A stretch of 64,000 nt of DNA from an uncultured Chitinophagaceae bacterium (GCA_963782225.1 CAWAIQ010000001.1:29455-93454), one strand, 5' to 3'. Numbered from the stretch's first letter, positions 8,739 through 20,969 are shown. Numbers and translations: made by a program. Notes: generated from the letters alone by a model not told the origin.

Positions 8739-10517
8739 CTAAGTATAAAAAAGTTTGAAGTAGAATGTACTTCCTTCGCCGGGGATACTATCTACGCCGA
8801 TTAATCCATGATGCTGCCGGATGATCTCGGCAGCGATATACAAGCCAAGGCCAAAGCCGGGCTGACTCGGTAGACGTTGGCCCGATCCCCGGTAATATTG
8901 CTTGAACACATGTGCCCGGTCTTCAGCGGCAATACCAGGTCCAAAATCTCTTACTTTAATCACTGCCCCATCAAGCGCATCTTCGGTAGAAATAATAACC
9001 TCGCTGTTGCCTCCGTATTTAATTGCGTTGGAAAGCATGTTTGTCAATACCTGCCCTATTTTTTCTTTATCTGCTTTAACGAGCCCAATGCGTGCGGGAT
9101 TAAAAATTAATTTGCGATCACCTGCCAGGCCCCTCAATTCTTCTACCCGCTCGAGCGCCAGATCATTCAGATCAAAAGTTTCAACGTTTATCGCCATTCT
9201 ACCGTGCGTGATTTTCGTGGAATCTATCAGCACGGTAAACAGGTGAATGAGGCGGTCGACCTGGCCATTCAATTTTTGCACGATGGCAGCACTTTGCGTT
9301 TCATCGGACTCCTGAAAGGATTCTAAAAGGTATTCGGTGTAAGCTTTGATGCTCGTGACCGGAGTTTTTAATTCATGGCTGGCTACGCTGATAAAATCGT
9401 CCTTTTGTTTCTCTAATGCTTTTCGTTCAGTGATGTCGTATAGCACTCCGATCATTTGCGGCGCAGCATCCTGGTGGGAGACAACGCGGCCGTAGCAATT
9501 GATCCATTTCATGTCGCCACTCCTGGCGCCGAAGATTCTTAGTTCTGATTGAAAAATGTTCGACCCGTTAACACTTTTTTCGAACTCAGCCTGCACATCG
9601 GAAAGGTCATCAGCATGAATGCTTTTCCAGATGGAGTCAGCATCAATGGTGTCATTGTCCATTTCCAGAATTTGCCGGGCCTTCTCATCAATGGCTAAGG
9701 TATCTTGTTTAACATCCCAGCGCCATTCGCCCATATGCGCTGAATCCATTGCCATATTGTTTCGATGCTCTGCCAGGAGCAGGGCTTCTTCAGCCAGTTT
9801 TCTGTCTGTGATGTCGCGCGTGATTTTTACAAAACCGTCATAATCTTTCATTGGCGCCATCACGCCGCTCATAAAGAACGTTGAGCCATCTTTTCTTTTA
9901 TGCCATCGCTCATCGAGGGAACGCCCTGTATCGCGAGCCCTGATTATTTCGGCTTCCACGATACCACCAGCTATATCCTCGTCGGTAAACACGATTGACG
10001 AATGCTGCCCGATCGCCTCCTGCTCCGTATATCCGAACATTTTCTCGGCACCCCTGTTCCATGCGATGATCGTTCCCTTGCCGTCGAGGTTAATAATCGC
10101 AAACTCAACCGCCGCGTCCAAAATGGCTTTCAGATAGCTCGACGTTTCCCGCAGACGTTTTCTCTCTTCTTTAAGAGTGTGAATGTTGGTAGCGGAGCCG
10201 AACCAACGGACAGCTTTCTGCTGGCCGTCGTTATAGGGCACATTGGTAAGCCGGTGCCACTGATATTCGTTGTGTTTATTGCGAAGCCGCGCTTCGGCCT
10301 CGAAAGTCCGGTCTTCATTAAATGCACTCCACCATTCCCGAACTGCATCGATGTCCTCTTGATGGGCTACCGCTACCCACCCATCTCCTTTTGATTGCTC
10401 GTAGGTGAGACCCGTGTAGTCGAACCACCGTTTATTAAAATAATTAGCTTTACCATCTGCGTCATTTGTCCAGATGATCTGCGGCAACATGTCTGTGATA
10501 TTGAGCTGTTCCAACAT
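8739..10517 (-). CDS. multi-PAS sensor histidine kinase
   Basis: 592 aa; three PAS-like blocks, H-box SVASHELKTPVTSIKAY, N-box NMLSNAIKYG, G-boxes RDFGPGI and GFGLGLYIA. Confidence 0.9.
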   Translation of the reverse strand: MLEQLNITDMLPQIIWTNDADGKANYFNKRWFDYTGLTYEQSKGDGWVAVAHQEDIDAVREWWSAFNEDRTFEAEARLRNKHNEYQWHRLTNVPYNDGQQKAVRWFGSATNIHTLKEERKRLRETSSYLKAILDAAVEFAIINLDGKGTIIAWNRGAEKMFGYTEQEAIGQHSSIVFTDEDIAGGIVEAEIIRARDTGRSLDERWHKRKDGSTFFMSGVMAPMKDYDGFVKITRDITDRKLAEEALLLAEHRNNMAMDSAHMGEWRWDVKQDTLAIDEKARQILEMDNDTIDADSIWKSIHADDLSDVQAEFEKSVNGSNIFQSELRIFGARSGDMKWINCYGRVVSHQDAAPQMIGVLYDITERKALEKQKDDFISVASHELKTPVTSIKAYTEYLLESFQESDETQSAAIVQKLNGQVDRLIHLFTVLIDSTKITHGRMAINVETFDLNDLALERVEELRGLAGDRKLIFNPARIGLVKADKEKIGQVLTNMLSNAIKYGGNSEVIISTEDALDGAVIKVRDFGPGIAAEDRAHVFKQYYRGSGQRLPSQPGFGLGLYIAAEIIRQHHGLIGVDSIPGEGSTFYFKLFYT

Positions 10518-10524
10518 ATTTATT

Positions 10525-10884
10525 TTAAGGTTCCAGCGCTCTTCGAACGACCTCCCTAAGCGTTTTTATGCTAAATGGTTTTTCGACGATATCGGATGCG
10601 CCAGAATTCCTGGCAAGCGAGCGGATATTCGGACTGGCCGAAATAATTACCACAGGTATATCCCTGGTTGCCTCTTGTTCCTTTAATAGTTGGCATAGAG
10701 CCAGTCCGTCCATGCCGGGCATTTGCTTATCAATCAGGTACAGATCCGGGGGAGGCGTAGATAAATCCTGCAGGAAAATGTATGCGTTCGGGTAGCCGAT
10801 GATGTTGTAGCCTGAGGCCTCCAACAAAAGCTTCAGTGACTCAAGAATATCTTTGTCATCGTCTATTATGACAATCCTTTTCAT
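10525..10884 (-). CDS. response regulator, receiver domain only
   Basis: 119 aa; IVIIDDDKD..., phospho-acceptor context LYLIDKQMPGMDG, ...VVIISA..., ...KPF. Confidence 0.9.
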   Translation of the reverse strand: MKRIVIIDDDKDILESLKLLLEASGYNIIGYPNAYIFLQDLSTPPPDLYLIDKQMPGMDGLALCQLLKEQEATRDIPVVIISASPNIRSLARNSGASDIVEKPFSIKTLREVVRRALEP

Positions 10885-10992
10885 TTGGCTGTTCCTTTCG
10901 GGTGAATACTACCGGGCTGGTTTTGACGAAGGCATAAACTATACCATAGTTTCCAGGATAGTCAATTTACAGGCTTGTAAGGTGCCTGAGCG

Positions 10993-11256
10993 TTACCCCA
11001 CAGCGTTCGTGATGTCGACCTGGTCAAGGAAGGGTTCAAGAAGTTCATACCCCGACGAATAGACAATCGTGTCAACTTCGCAGCGGTAAGTGATAAAGAA
11101 AATTTCGGCGTATTGGTGGCCGATCGCGTAAAGCAGACTTATGTTACCCCCCGTCGATCGTTTCGCCACGTATACTCCATGCTGATAGAGATTTTGTATT
11201 TGCTGTTCGAGAGGAAAGCTTGCGAGATTTGTGTTGTCCATATGGGTGGTTAACAA
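10993..11256 (-). CDS. hypothetical protein (87 aa) embedded in the two-component cluster
   Basis: ORF track only; no family recognised. Confidence 0.4.
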   Translation of the reverse strand: MLTTHMDNTNLASFPLEQQIQNLYQHGVYVAKRSTGGNISLLYAIGHQYAEIFFITYRCEVDTIVYSSGYELLEPFLDQVDITNAVG

Positions 11257-11301
11257 ATCTAATCCTTCAACATCCGGGCCGTCTTCAAACTGGGGTGATT
11301 T

Positions 11302-11715
11302 TCAGATTGCGTCAGAACAGTGGGTAAGTAATTTCTCTGTAATTAACCGCATTTGCGCGCCGTTGATCGGCTTAGTGATAAAGCCAACCTGATTGTCGCG
11401 TGCGAATTTTTTGTCCATCGGGTGAGATGAGGTGGTGAAAATGACCACGGGCACGTTGTGAAACCGTTCCAGGTCTTTAATAACGCCGACGGTAACTTTG
11501 CCGTCAAATTTGGGCATATTCATGTCTACAATGATCAGGCAAGGCAGTGAATCAAATTCGGAATATTGGTAAAGGTATTTTGTGAGGTCGTAGCCATCAG
11601 GGAAGGTGATCAGCTCAATATGAGGCTTAAATGCAGCAAAGGAATGTTTCAGGAGCTCAATATCGTCGCTATCATCATCGGCGTACAAAATCCGGATGGG
11701 TTCGTTCGGGCTCAT
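11302..11715 (-). CDS. response regulator, receiver domain only (Rcp1/CheY-like)
   Basis: 137 aa; ILYADDDSDD..., LIIVDMNMPKFDG, ...VVIFTTS..., ...ITKP. Confidence 0.9.
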   Translation of the reverse strand: MSPNEPIRILYADDDSDDIELLKHSFAAFKPHIELITFPDGYDLTKYLYQYSEFDSLPCLIIVDMNMPKFDGKVTVGVIKDLERFHNVPVVIFTTSSHPMDKKFARDNQVGFITKPINGAQMRLITEKLLTHCSDAI

Positions 11716-11762
11716 TTTGGATTCTATTGAGGTGGTAAGGTAGGTATTCCTAATGCATTAAT

Positions 11763-14038
<2,276 letters not shown>

Positions 14039-14043
14039 AGCAG

Positions 14044-14646
14044 CTAATATTTATTACATTTCGGTAATTGACACCCGTATGCAGTTAAGGCATAACGGTC
14101 AAATGATACGTTCGCAGAATTCTTCAGCAATGCATTGAGCGCAATCTGCGCATAGTTTGTTTTTTTATCGGTGCAATAGCGGGTCTTATTATAATTGCCC
14201 CTGTAAAAGAGGTGCTGATCTTTATCGAGGATTGCCGCCTGGGGAGTTGAATAAACGCCACAGGATGTTGCGAGAGAAGTATCGAAACTCACAGGAATGT
14301 CTAAACCGAATTTGTCCTGAATTTCTGTTGAAGTGTAACGATCATTGTTCAGTACAACGATCATAAAATTCACCTGTTCTTTATGTTCCCTGACAAGCGA
14401 TTTAAAATGTGTGATGTTGAATTTTGAACAAGGGCAGTCCGGATTGAAGAAATGAATGAACACAGGTTTATCCCGGTTTACTTTCAGTTGTCCGGGCAAG
14501 GCAATCTGTACTCCGTTTTGAACCGGTTTATAATGTTCCGGCACAGGCGTGGGGAGCTGGTAGATCCAGTCACTATACCAGAATATTCCCAATATCCCGG
14601 TAAACAGGATTGCCAGCAAGGCGACTACAGCCACTCTTCTCTTCAT
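14044..14646 (-). CDS. membrane-anchored thioredoxin-fold protein with atypical CPC motif
   Basis: 200 aa; N-terminal TM helix, [16 protein letters not shown] where TlpA-type proteins carry WCxxC; further Cys pairs near C-terminus (RYCTD, GCQLPKC). Confidence 0.6.
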   Translation of the reverse strand: MKRRVAVVALLAILFTGILGIFWYSDWIYQLPTPVPEHYKPVQNGVQIALPGQLKVNRDKPVFIHFFNPDCPCSKFNITHFKSLVREHKEQVNFMIVVLNNDRYTSTEIQDKFGLDIPVSFDTSLATSCGVYSTPQAAILDKDQHLFYRGNYNKTRYCTDKKTNYAQIALNALLKNSANVSFDRYALTAYGCQLPKCNKY

Positions 14647-14726
14647 GGGGATTGGATTGCCTGTACAACGCTGCGCGGCTTCTAACTTGTTCGTTAGTAG
14701 GAGAAAATCTTTTTTTTTAGGTAGAA

Positions 14727-14744
14727 ACCCTTATTGGTAAGGGT
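14727..14744. other. 7-bp hairpin (ACCCTTA-TTGG-TAAGGGT) in the spacer between the methyltransferase and thioredoxin-fold genes
   Basis: Perfect inverted repeat, flanked by T9 upstream and T-rich tract downstream on plus strand; function unclear. Confidence 0.25.
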
Positions 14745-14791
14745 ATTTCTTTTTCGCGGGCTCTAAGAGTGAATGTTATTCGTTACGATAA

Positions 14792-15601
14792 TTAAACGTT
14801 TCTAAGCAACGGCATTTTCGTGTATCGATAGGGTATCGAAGCTGGTGGTTCTTCGATGATCAATCCTTCGCGTTTAACCGCGATGGCGCGCACATATCCC
14901 AAAAACTCGCCTGCATCGGCATTCAAGGCTTCAATTTCAATAGCATTGTCTGGCGCGATCGTGTGATGCCAGTTCAACCAAAACCTCCAGCCTTCCTCCA
15001 GGGTATCTGCCGTTAACACGTCAACGAGGTCTGTACGTTGCCAGTGCTTTCTCCACCATTCTGCACTATGAAGGCACCAAAGGTCCGACGTCCACCATTG
15101 TTTAAGATGCGCCGGTAACGTTTGAATTTCCCGGGTCAATCCGGCGCCGGCAATCGCAAGCACACCGTTAGGCTTCAGGTATCTTAAAATTGAACTTAAG
15201 TAAAGATCATCGGTGCCATAGTAGAAAAATGAATCGATACTGATGATGGCATCAAAGAATTCGGCGGCGAAAGGAAGGTGACGTGCATCTGCCTGTAATG
15301 GAAAAATATTGTCGGCCATCCCGGCATCGCGAACACGTTCTGAATTTTCGGAAGATGATACCATCATATCAACTGCCCATACCTGGACCTGGAATTCGCG
15401 GTGCAAAAAGATCGACGACATGGCCCGGCCGCAGCCGAGATCTAATACACGCATCCCGGGTTTGAGGTCTAGTTTTTCGGTTAGCCATTCGGTTAACCAG
15501 AGCGGGTTAGCGCCACCACTTACCGAGGCTTTGATCCAGTCAGGATGATATTTTGATGAGCGTGGAAAACGGGGTGATAGTAAAAGATCGAGCATGTGCA
15601 A
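14792..15601 (-). CDS. class I SAM-dependent methyltransferase
   Basis: 269 aa; motif I VLDLGCGRAMSS, post-I acidic residue WAVD, motif II/III region FDAIISIDSFFY...LKPNGVLAI. Confidence 0.8.
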   Translation of the reverse strand: MHMLDLLLSPRFPRSSKYHPDWIKASVSGGANPLWLTEWLTEKLDLKPGMRVLDLGCGRAMSSIFLHREFQVQVWAVDMMVSSSENSERVRDAGMADNIFPLQADARHLPFAAEFFDAIISIDSFFYYGTDDLYLSSILRYLKPNGVLAIAGAGLTREIQTLPAHLKQWWTSDLWCLHSAEWWRKHWQRTDLVDVLTADTLEEGWRFWLNWHHTIAPDNAIEIEALNADAGEFLGYVRAIAVKREGLIIEEPPASIPYRYTKMPLLRNV

Positions 15602-15663
15602 ACTTAAGCAGGGTTTATTAAAAGGATATGAGCATCAAGCGCAGGGGACTTGCTTTTCGGCAG

Positions 15664-16215
15664 TTACTCAATCGGTTCACCTTGATAATGCGCCAGCCGG
15701 GCTTCGAAAACTTTCATTTTAATCCCTGGGTAAGTGCCTTTGCTTCGCAGGATCCCGACAGCTTTTCGTTGCGCTTCTTCAGCATTCGACGTGTCGTTTG
15801 CGCGCCAATACCATGCAGCCATCCTGCTATAATAATCCGGCATGGGAAAGATTTCCGGGTAAGGGATTTGATCAATTTTAATCTGATAGGCCTGGGCACC
15901 TAGCGTATATATTTCACGAGATAGCTTGAATTTATCCGAATTTTCTTTTATAGCTGAGATAATAGCATCATAAGCCGGATCATCATAGGTAGGAGTGGTG
16001 ATTGCAACCTTCCCATAATCAAGTGCCTTATTCAGGTCTGTTTTCAGAAGAAATACAAATGTATTGAAGGCTATGAAAGGCGCATACTTAAGTGCCGGTT
16101 CCGTTTTGATCATTTCCTGAATGGCCAAAAGACCTGAGTCCGGTTTTCCACGATAATCATGTTTGTAATAGTTACCATGATACTGAAGCAATTCATAGTT
16201 GAGACGAATCGTCAA
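15664..16215 (-). CDS. helical (TPR-like?) protein, 183 aa from TTG; probably the C-terminal half of the upstream TlpA-family gene
   Basis: Starts at TTG overlapping the stop of 16212..16838; lies two +1 steps from that frame, with an intermediate frame reading KFDRYLAALDDS. Confidence 0.45.
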   Translation of the reverse strand: MTIRLNYELLQYHGNYYKHDYRGKPDSGLLAIQEMIKTEPALKYAPFIAFNTFVFLLKTDLNKALDYGKVAITTPTYDDPAYDAIISAIKENSDKFKLSREIYTLGAQAYQIKIDQIPYPEIFPMPDYYSRMAAWYWRANDTSNAEEAQRKAVGILRSKGTYPGIKMKVFEARLAHYQGEPIE

Positions 16216-16787
16216 GCGCTGCTAAATATCTGTCGAACTTTTCTTTTAGCATGCGCTTTCCTAATGTCCCAGGTGTGGTTAACAATTTTGTCCAGTACAT
16301 CACCCAGATCTTTAGGATGGCCAATCCATGCAATCCGCCCTTCGTCGTCCACTACAAAGGTTTTCGGAATTCCCTGCTCCGCGGAGGCATTCATCCAGGC
16401 TGCCGACATAGCCTTATCCTGCATTGCTACCGCGTAATCCATTTTAGTGCCCATACTGTCCACAAAAGCATGAACAGTTTGTTTGGTCGTATGTGGTTCT
16501 TCAAAAGAATTAATCCCTAAAACAGTCACCCGGTCGCGATATTGTCGGGCTAATACTGAAAGATGAGGCATTGCAGCTTTGCAAGGTTTGCACCAGGTGG
16601 CCCAATATTCAAGTACATACGTGTGGTTTTTGACAAATTTCTGAACAGTGTCGCCTTTTATCCAGGCAATTGTCTTAAAGCGTGGAGCAACATCGCCGAT
16701 ATCCAAAGATGACACCCGCCTTTTTTGTGCACTAACCGCGGCGCATACAACCGACAACAATAGCATTAGTCGAATGTTCAATTGCAT
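16212..16787 (-). CDS. TlpA-family thiol:disulfide oxidoreductase (thioredoxin fold), secreted
   Basis: From ATG 16787: signal peptide MQLNIRLMLLLSVVCAAVSAQ, active site YWATWCKPCKAAMPHL, ...GIPKTFVVDDEGRIAWIGHP. Confidence 0.8.
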   Translation of the reverse strand: MQLNIRLMLLLSVVCAAVSAQKRRVSSLDIGDVAPRFKTIAWIKGDTVQKFVKNHTYVLEYWATWCKPCKAAMPHLSVLARQYRDRVTVLGINSFEEPHTTKQTVHAFVDSMGTKMDYAVAMQDKAMSAAWMNASAEQGIPKTFVVDDEGRIAWIGHPKDLGDVLDKIVNHTWDIRKAHAKRKVRQIFSSA

Positions 16788-17016
16788 ATCAACTACGATT
16801 ACCGTAAAAGATGAGAAATAGCTTTTATAGAGCCACAAACGATGCGGGCATCAACAACAGCATCCGTCCGTTTGCGTATGGCTTATGAACTTAATTTACA
16901 CAGAATACTCGTGACTTGGGGCGCTTGTCCAAGGTAGTGGGAGCGGATCAGTGTTTTGCATTGACATGCTCGTATGACTTTATGTAAAGTAAACTTGACA
17001 AATTGAAATGTTTGCC

Positions 17017-17024
17017 TATCTTTG
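17017..17024 (+). promoter_or_regulatory. Bacteroidota -7 box candidate TATCTTTG (TAnnTTTG)
   Basis: Exact match to TAnnTTTG 21 nt upstream of ATG 17045; TTG-containing tract about 20 nt further upstream. Confidence 0.3.
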
Positions 17025-17044
17025 GTGCATTAAAACCGCTAACA

Positions 17045-17440
17045 ATGGAACAATCTAACAAAATCGCCGCCCCCCGCTCTATCGCCTTTGCAGCGATACA
17101 CGCAGCCACCTACGTGGTGGGCACGTGGCTACTGACCTCTTACAACTTTGAGCAACCGGTTGCAGTCATCATCGCCGTGGTGCCGATCATTACATTCGCC
17201 CTCTTTGTTTTTCACTACATCAAAGCGATTGCGGCCATGGACGAAATAAAACAGCGTGTGCAACTGGAAGCCGTTGTCGTTGGTTTTTCGTTGATCACGA
17301 TGTTACTGATGCTTTTGTTCCTTCTGAATCTTTCTGGTATCGAAACGTCCCACTGGTTTGGGCATGCGTACCTGGTTATTTACTGCTGGGCGTTTTATTT
17401 CATCGGTTGGTTGATTTCGAAAAAAAAGTATGGCGTTTGA
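17045..17440 (+). CDS. small integral membrane protein (4 TM) paired with HTH regulator
   Basis: Hydrophobic helices throughout; stop TGA 17438-17440 overlaps the start of the HTH gene. Confidence 0.6.
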   Translation: MEQSNKIAAPRSIAFAAIHAATYVVGTWLLTSYNFEQPVAVIIAVVPIITFALFVFHYIKAIAAMDEIKQRVQLEAVVVGFSLITMLLMLLFLLNLSGIETSHWFGHAYLVIYCWAFYFIGWLISKKKYGV

Positions 17441-17646
17441 AAAACACAATCAAAGTAGAACGGGCCAGGAAAAACTGGACCCAGGCGGAACTTGCGAAAC
17501 ACATCGGCTTATCGAGGCAGGGACTGAACGCGATCGAAACCGGTAAATTCATTCCCTCGACTTTACTTGCGTTGCGGATGGCGAAAGTCTTTGATACTAC
17601 AGTTGAAATTTTATTTCAACTGGATGAGGATGAAAAGATGGAATAG
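17437..17646 (+). CDS. XRE/Cro-type helix-turn-helix transcriptional regulator (YozG-like)
   Basis: (L/M)KNTIKVERARKNWTQAELAKHIGLSRQGLNAIETGKFIPSTLLALRMAKVFDTTVEILFQLDE; TTG 17437 gives the usual MKN.IK.ER start. Confidence 0.75.
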   Translation: MKNTIKVERARKNWTQAELAKHIGLSRQGLNAIETGKFIPSTLLALRMAKVFDTTVEILFQLDEDEKME

Positions 17647-17715
17647 GCGCAAAGACGAATAGGGGGGACCGGACTGTCGGCGTCATTGCGTTAAGCCTTA
17701 TATTCGGATGACCAT

Positions 17716-19218
17716 ATGCGCAAAAAGTTAACCCTCCCTACTGCCACCACACTGATGATGACGGTAATCGTTCTTGCTGCTGTCGGCACCTGGGTTTTAC
17801 CTGCGGGACAGTATAGCAAACTGACGAACGACAACAACAAAAGATTTCTCATCACGTCATCATCGGGTTCAGTTGCGGTGCCTTTTACGCAGGCAACTTT
17901 AGACAGCCTTTCAATACTTATTCCGCTTGAGAAATTTACAAGAGGCGAAATCGGAAAGCCCATCTCCATTCCAAACACTTACCAGGCTGAAAAGAAAAAT
18001 CCGCAGGGGTTCATCGCCATACTCCAGGCGCCAATCAAAGGCATCATCGAAAGCATAGATATAGCGTTGTTCATTTTGATCATCGGCGGTTTCATGCAGA
18101 TATTCAATAACACCGGGGCAATGTTTACGAGCATCAAGCATTTTGCTCACAGCATGAAGGGTAGGGAACGATTGCTGATCATTATACTGACTTTTGTTTT
18201 TTCATTTTTGGGCGGCTCATACGGAATGGATGTCGAGTCTGTTATATTTTATCCTGTTCTGGTACCGCTGCTGCTGGCAGCCGGGTACGATTTGATCGTG
18301 CCATTGGGTGTTGTGTTCGGCGGTGCGGGTATTGGTTATATCGCGAGCTTTTCAAATCCTTTCTCTACAATCATTGCCAGTAACACGCTGGGTATTAATT
18401 GGCTTGATGGGTTTTACGGTAGAGTTATTTATTTTATTGTTGCTACAACTTTGTTCACCTGGTACCTGCTGAGGTATGCGGCGAGAGTAAAACGTAAACC
18501 CTCTTCCTCGCTCGTGTACCGGGTTGATGGAAACATCGGTTCTCCATTTGATTTGCATGTATCGGAGCAAAGCAGCGTGAAAACACTCGATAAGAAAACA
18601 ATTCTCCTTATGATCCTGTTTCTGCTCACATTTTTAAGCATGATCGCAGGTATCATCTTCTTTAAGTGGTGGACCTTGGAAATGTCTGCTTTGTTTTTAG
18701 GCGCATCAATGTTGATTGCTGTCATTGACAGGATGAATGAAAAAACATTTGTAAAGGAGTTTACTAAAGGGATGGAATCGTTGCTTACCGTTGCGCTGAT
18801 CGTGGGATTGGCGCGTGGAGTGACCATTGTGCTTAATGATGGATTAGTAAGTGATTCGATTTTATATTATGCCTCGAATGTGGTTCGCGGTTTTTATCCC
18901 GCGGTTTTTATCGTGCTGGTGATGTTGTTTTATTTTTTCTTTACTATACCGGTGAGTTCATCGTCGGGGATGGCTGTGCTCACGATGCCGATTATTGGTG
19001 CGTTGGCGATACTATTGAATCTTCCCGGGCGGGAAGTGGTTAACTCATATATATATGGCATGGGCATTATGTTCCTGATTACGCCCACTGGTTCCATTTT
19101 TCCCGCGTTAACGATGGTGAATGTGAGTTACAAGGCATGGTTGAAGTTTATTATGCCGTTTGTGTTTGTGTTGTTATTGTTGAGTGCAGTGTTTCTTTTA
19201 GTGGGAATAAGGCTTTAG
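17716..19218 (+). CDS. YfcC-family transporter (C4-dicarboxylate anaerobic carrier-like)
   Basis: 500 aa polytopic; N-terminus MRKKLTLPTATTLMMTVIVLAAVGTWVLPAGQYSKL typical of YfcC. Confidence 0.8.
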   Translation: MRKKLTLPTATTLMMTVIVLAAVGTWVLPAGQYSKLTNDNNKRFLITSSSGSVAVPFTQATLDSLSILIPLEKFTRGEIGKPISIPNTYQAEKKNPQGFIAILQAPIKGIIESIDIALFILIIGGFMQIFNNTGAMFTSIKHFAHSMKGRERLLIIILTFVFSFLGGSYGMDVESVIFYPVLVPLLLAAGYDLIVPLGVVFGGAGIGYIASFSNPFSTIIASNTLGINWLDGFYGRVIYFIVATTLFTWYLLRYAARVKRKPSSSLVYRVDGNIGSPFDLHVSEQSSVKTLDKKTILLMILFLLTFLSMIAGIIFFKWWTLEMSALFLGASMLIAVIDRMNEKTFVKEFTKGMESLLTVALIVGLARGVTIVLNDGLVSDSILYYASNVVRGFYPAVFIVLVMLFYFFFTIPVSSSSGMAVLTMPIIGALAILLNLPGREVVNSYIYGMGIMFLITPTGSIFPALTMVNVSYKAWLKFIMPFVFVLLLLSAVFLLVGIRL

Positions 19219-19287
19219 CCGATTCCGTGAAAACACCCTTTGCGATTAAAGTGTTTCTCTGTAAAATTACTTACCAGGATCTATGTA

Positions 19288-19413
19288 ATGAGAGCATTCA
19301 GCGCAAATGAAATAATGAATATTGCTTTGTTGGGAACATCGCTTCTGATGCTCAGTATTTTGATTGTTGTGGTAGTTAGTGTTGTTCTTTTTAAGTTCCG
19401 TAATTTAAGTTGA
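19288..19413 (+). CDS. tiny single-TM ORF (41 aa), speculative
   Basis: My reading MRAFSANEIMNIALLGTSLLMLSILIVVVVSVVLFKFRNLS; below track cutoff. Confidence 0.2.
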   Translation: MRAFSANEIMNIALLGTSLLMLSILIVVVVSVVLFKFRNLS

Positions 19414-19528
19414 CCAACCTACCTGGCACACATACTTGTGAAAAGACCCTTATTAATCCTATCATTGCATCATATATTGCGCTGCTGGCGCGCTTCGATT
19501 GCTGCCTAATTCAACAAAGAATCAGGCG

Positions 19529-20359
19529 ATGATAATTAATGTTCAATCCACTTTACAATACCAGGCTGAAGCGCAATGCTCAGTGATCCTGAATATTTGC
19601 GCGTTACAGCCACAATGGGAGAGTATTCTGTGCAACCCGACGCATCATCTTGTGCCGGACCCATCGTTCAATAACCACCGCCTATTGCAACTAAATGTTG
19701 CGGATGCCGGAACTTTCGACCTCATCTACACTGCAACGGTTTCACCGCTTAATCGCCTGATCGACTGCTCCAATACACCAGCGCTTGAGGTGCCTCCTTT
19801 TCATCCCGACGTGTTGCCATTTCTTTATCCAAGCCGATATTGCCCGTCGGACCGGCTCACTGGTTTTGCGGAGACACGGTTCCTGAAATATGCGAATGCA
19901 TTTGAGCGCGTGCTGGCGATCACCGATTGGATTCATGAACATGTCACGTACGTCAGCGGATCTACGGATTCATCTACGGACGCCGCTGACGTGATCCTGC
20001 AGCAGCAAGGCGTGTGTCGCGATTTTGCACATATCGGCATTACACTGTGCCGTGCGTTGAACATTCCCGCCCGTTATTGCTCCGCATATGCTTTTCAATT
20101 GGAGCCGCAGGATTTTCATGCCTGCTTCGAAGCTTTCATCGGCACCGAATGGATCGTTTTTGATGCTACCCGGCTCGCGCCGCTAAACGGACTGGTTAAA
20201 ATTAGTCATGGCAGGGACGCGGCCGACACAGCGGTGGCGAGTCTGTATGGTAACGTAGCGGGTACATATATGGAAGTATCAGTAACCTGCGACGATGCTG
20301 CGTTTGAACCGCTCTTTTATGAGGTTGGAAACCTGGAAGGATTTTCTTTCGGTTTATGA
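19529..20359 (+). CDS. transglutaminase-like cysteine protease-fold protein
   Basis: QQGVCRDFAHIGITLCRALNIPARYCSAY...FHACFEAFIG.EWIVFDAT: Cys-His-Asp core of transglutaminase-like superfamily. Confidence 0.8.
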   Translation: MIINVQSTLQYQAEAQCSVILNICALQPQWESILCNPTHHLVPDPSFNNHRLLQLNVADAGTFDLIYTATVSPLNRLIDCSNTPALEVPPFHPDVLPFLYPSRYCPSDRLTGFAETRFLKYANAFERVLAITDWIHEHVTYVSGSTDSSTDAADVILQQQGVCRDFAHIGITLCRALNIPARYCSAYAFQLEPQDFHACFEAFIGTEWIVFDATRLAPLNGLVKISHGRDAADTAVASLYGNVAGTYMEVSVTCDDAAFEPLFYEVGNLEGFSFGL

Positions 20360-20409
20360 TGATTTAAATTGCTACCATACTAATGGATGTTGAATAAATT
20401 CGCAAGCGA

Positions 20410-20595
20410 ATGAACACGTTAAACGAACAACTTTTATCAGCCGCATCAAACTCCGATCTGAAAGGCGTTGAATAACTCGTGACCCGGGGGCGCCGACATA
20501 AACTATATAGACTCAATGGGAAACCACACGCCATATTTACGGGATTCGGATTACTGCGGTTATTACTTTACGAAGGCGTAGTTGGCATTTGGTAG
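20410..20595 (+). pseudogene. decayed ankyrin-repeat gene remnant
   Basis: MNTLNEQLLSAASNSDLKGVE-TAA(20473)-LVTRG then +1 frame GADINYIDSMGNHTP (G5 run at about 20484-20488); ankyrin consensus (…LV..GADIN..D..GNTPL) broken by a nonsense codon and at least one frame step, truncated after about 1 repeat. Confidence 0.5.
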
Positions 20596-20798
20596 CAAGA
20601 AAATAATCAGAGCCGAAGCTTTGTTTTATGTACACGGGCGATAAGCCCCAATTGTTTAAACAAGCTGTGAGTAAATTAAAATAGTCGGCAAATGTTTGGC
20701 TAACTGCAAATCAAAATAGTACTATTGCAATCACGCCTTGCATCTAAGGTTGATACTTACATCCGCATATCTTTTTATCAACCTGAAAATGCACCAAA

Positions 20799-20969
20799 AT
20801 GCTCACTCAATCCGAACTTCAGACTAAATTAGTTTTACTTCATCTTGACTTTCACAAAGCGATTAGTGATGGCCAGACGTTCGACGAGGTTAGAACTATA
20901 TTTATGGAGATAAAGAAACTCCAAAGAGAACTTTCTATATTAGAACCTCAACTTAAGACAATAACTTAA
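20799..20969 (+). CDS. small helical hypothetical protein (56 aa), below ORF-track cutoff
   Basis: My reading MLTQSELQTKLVLLHLDFHKAISDGQTFDEVRTIFMEIKKLQRELSILEPQLKTIT. Confidence 0.3.
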   Translation: MLTQSELQTKLVLLHLDFHKAISDGQTFDEVRTIFMEIKKLQRELSILEPQLKTIT

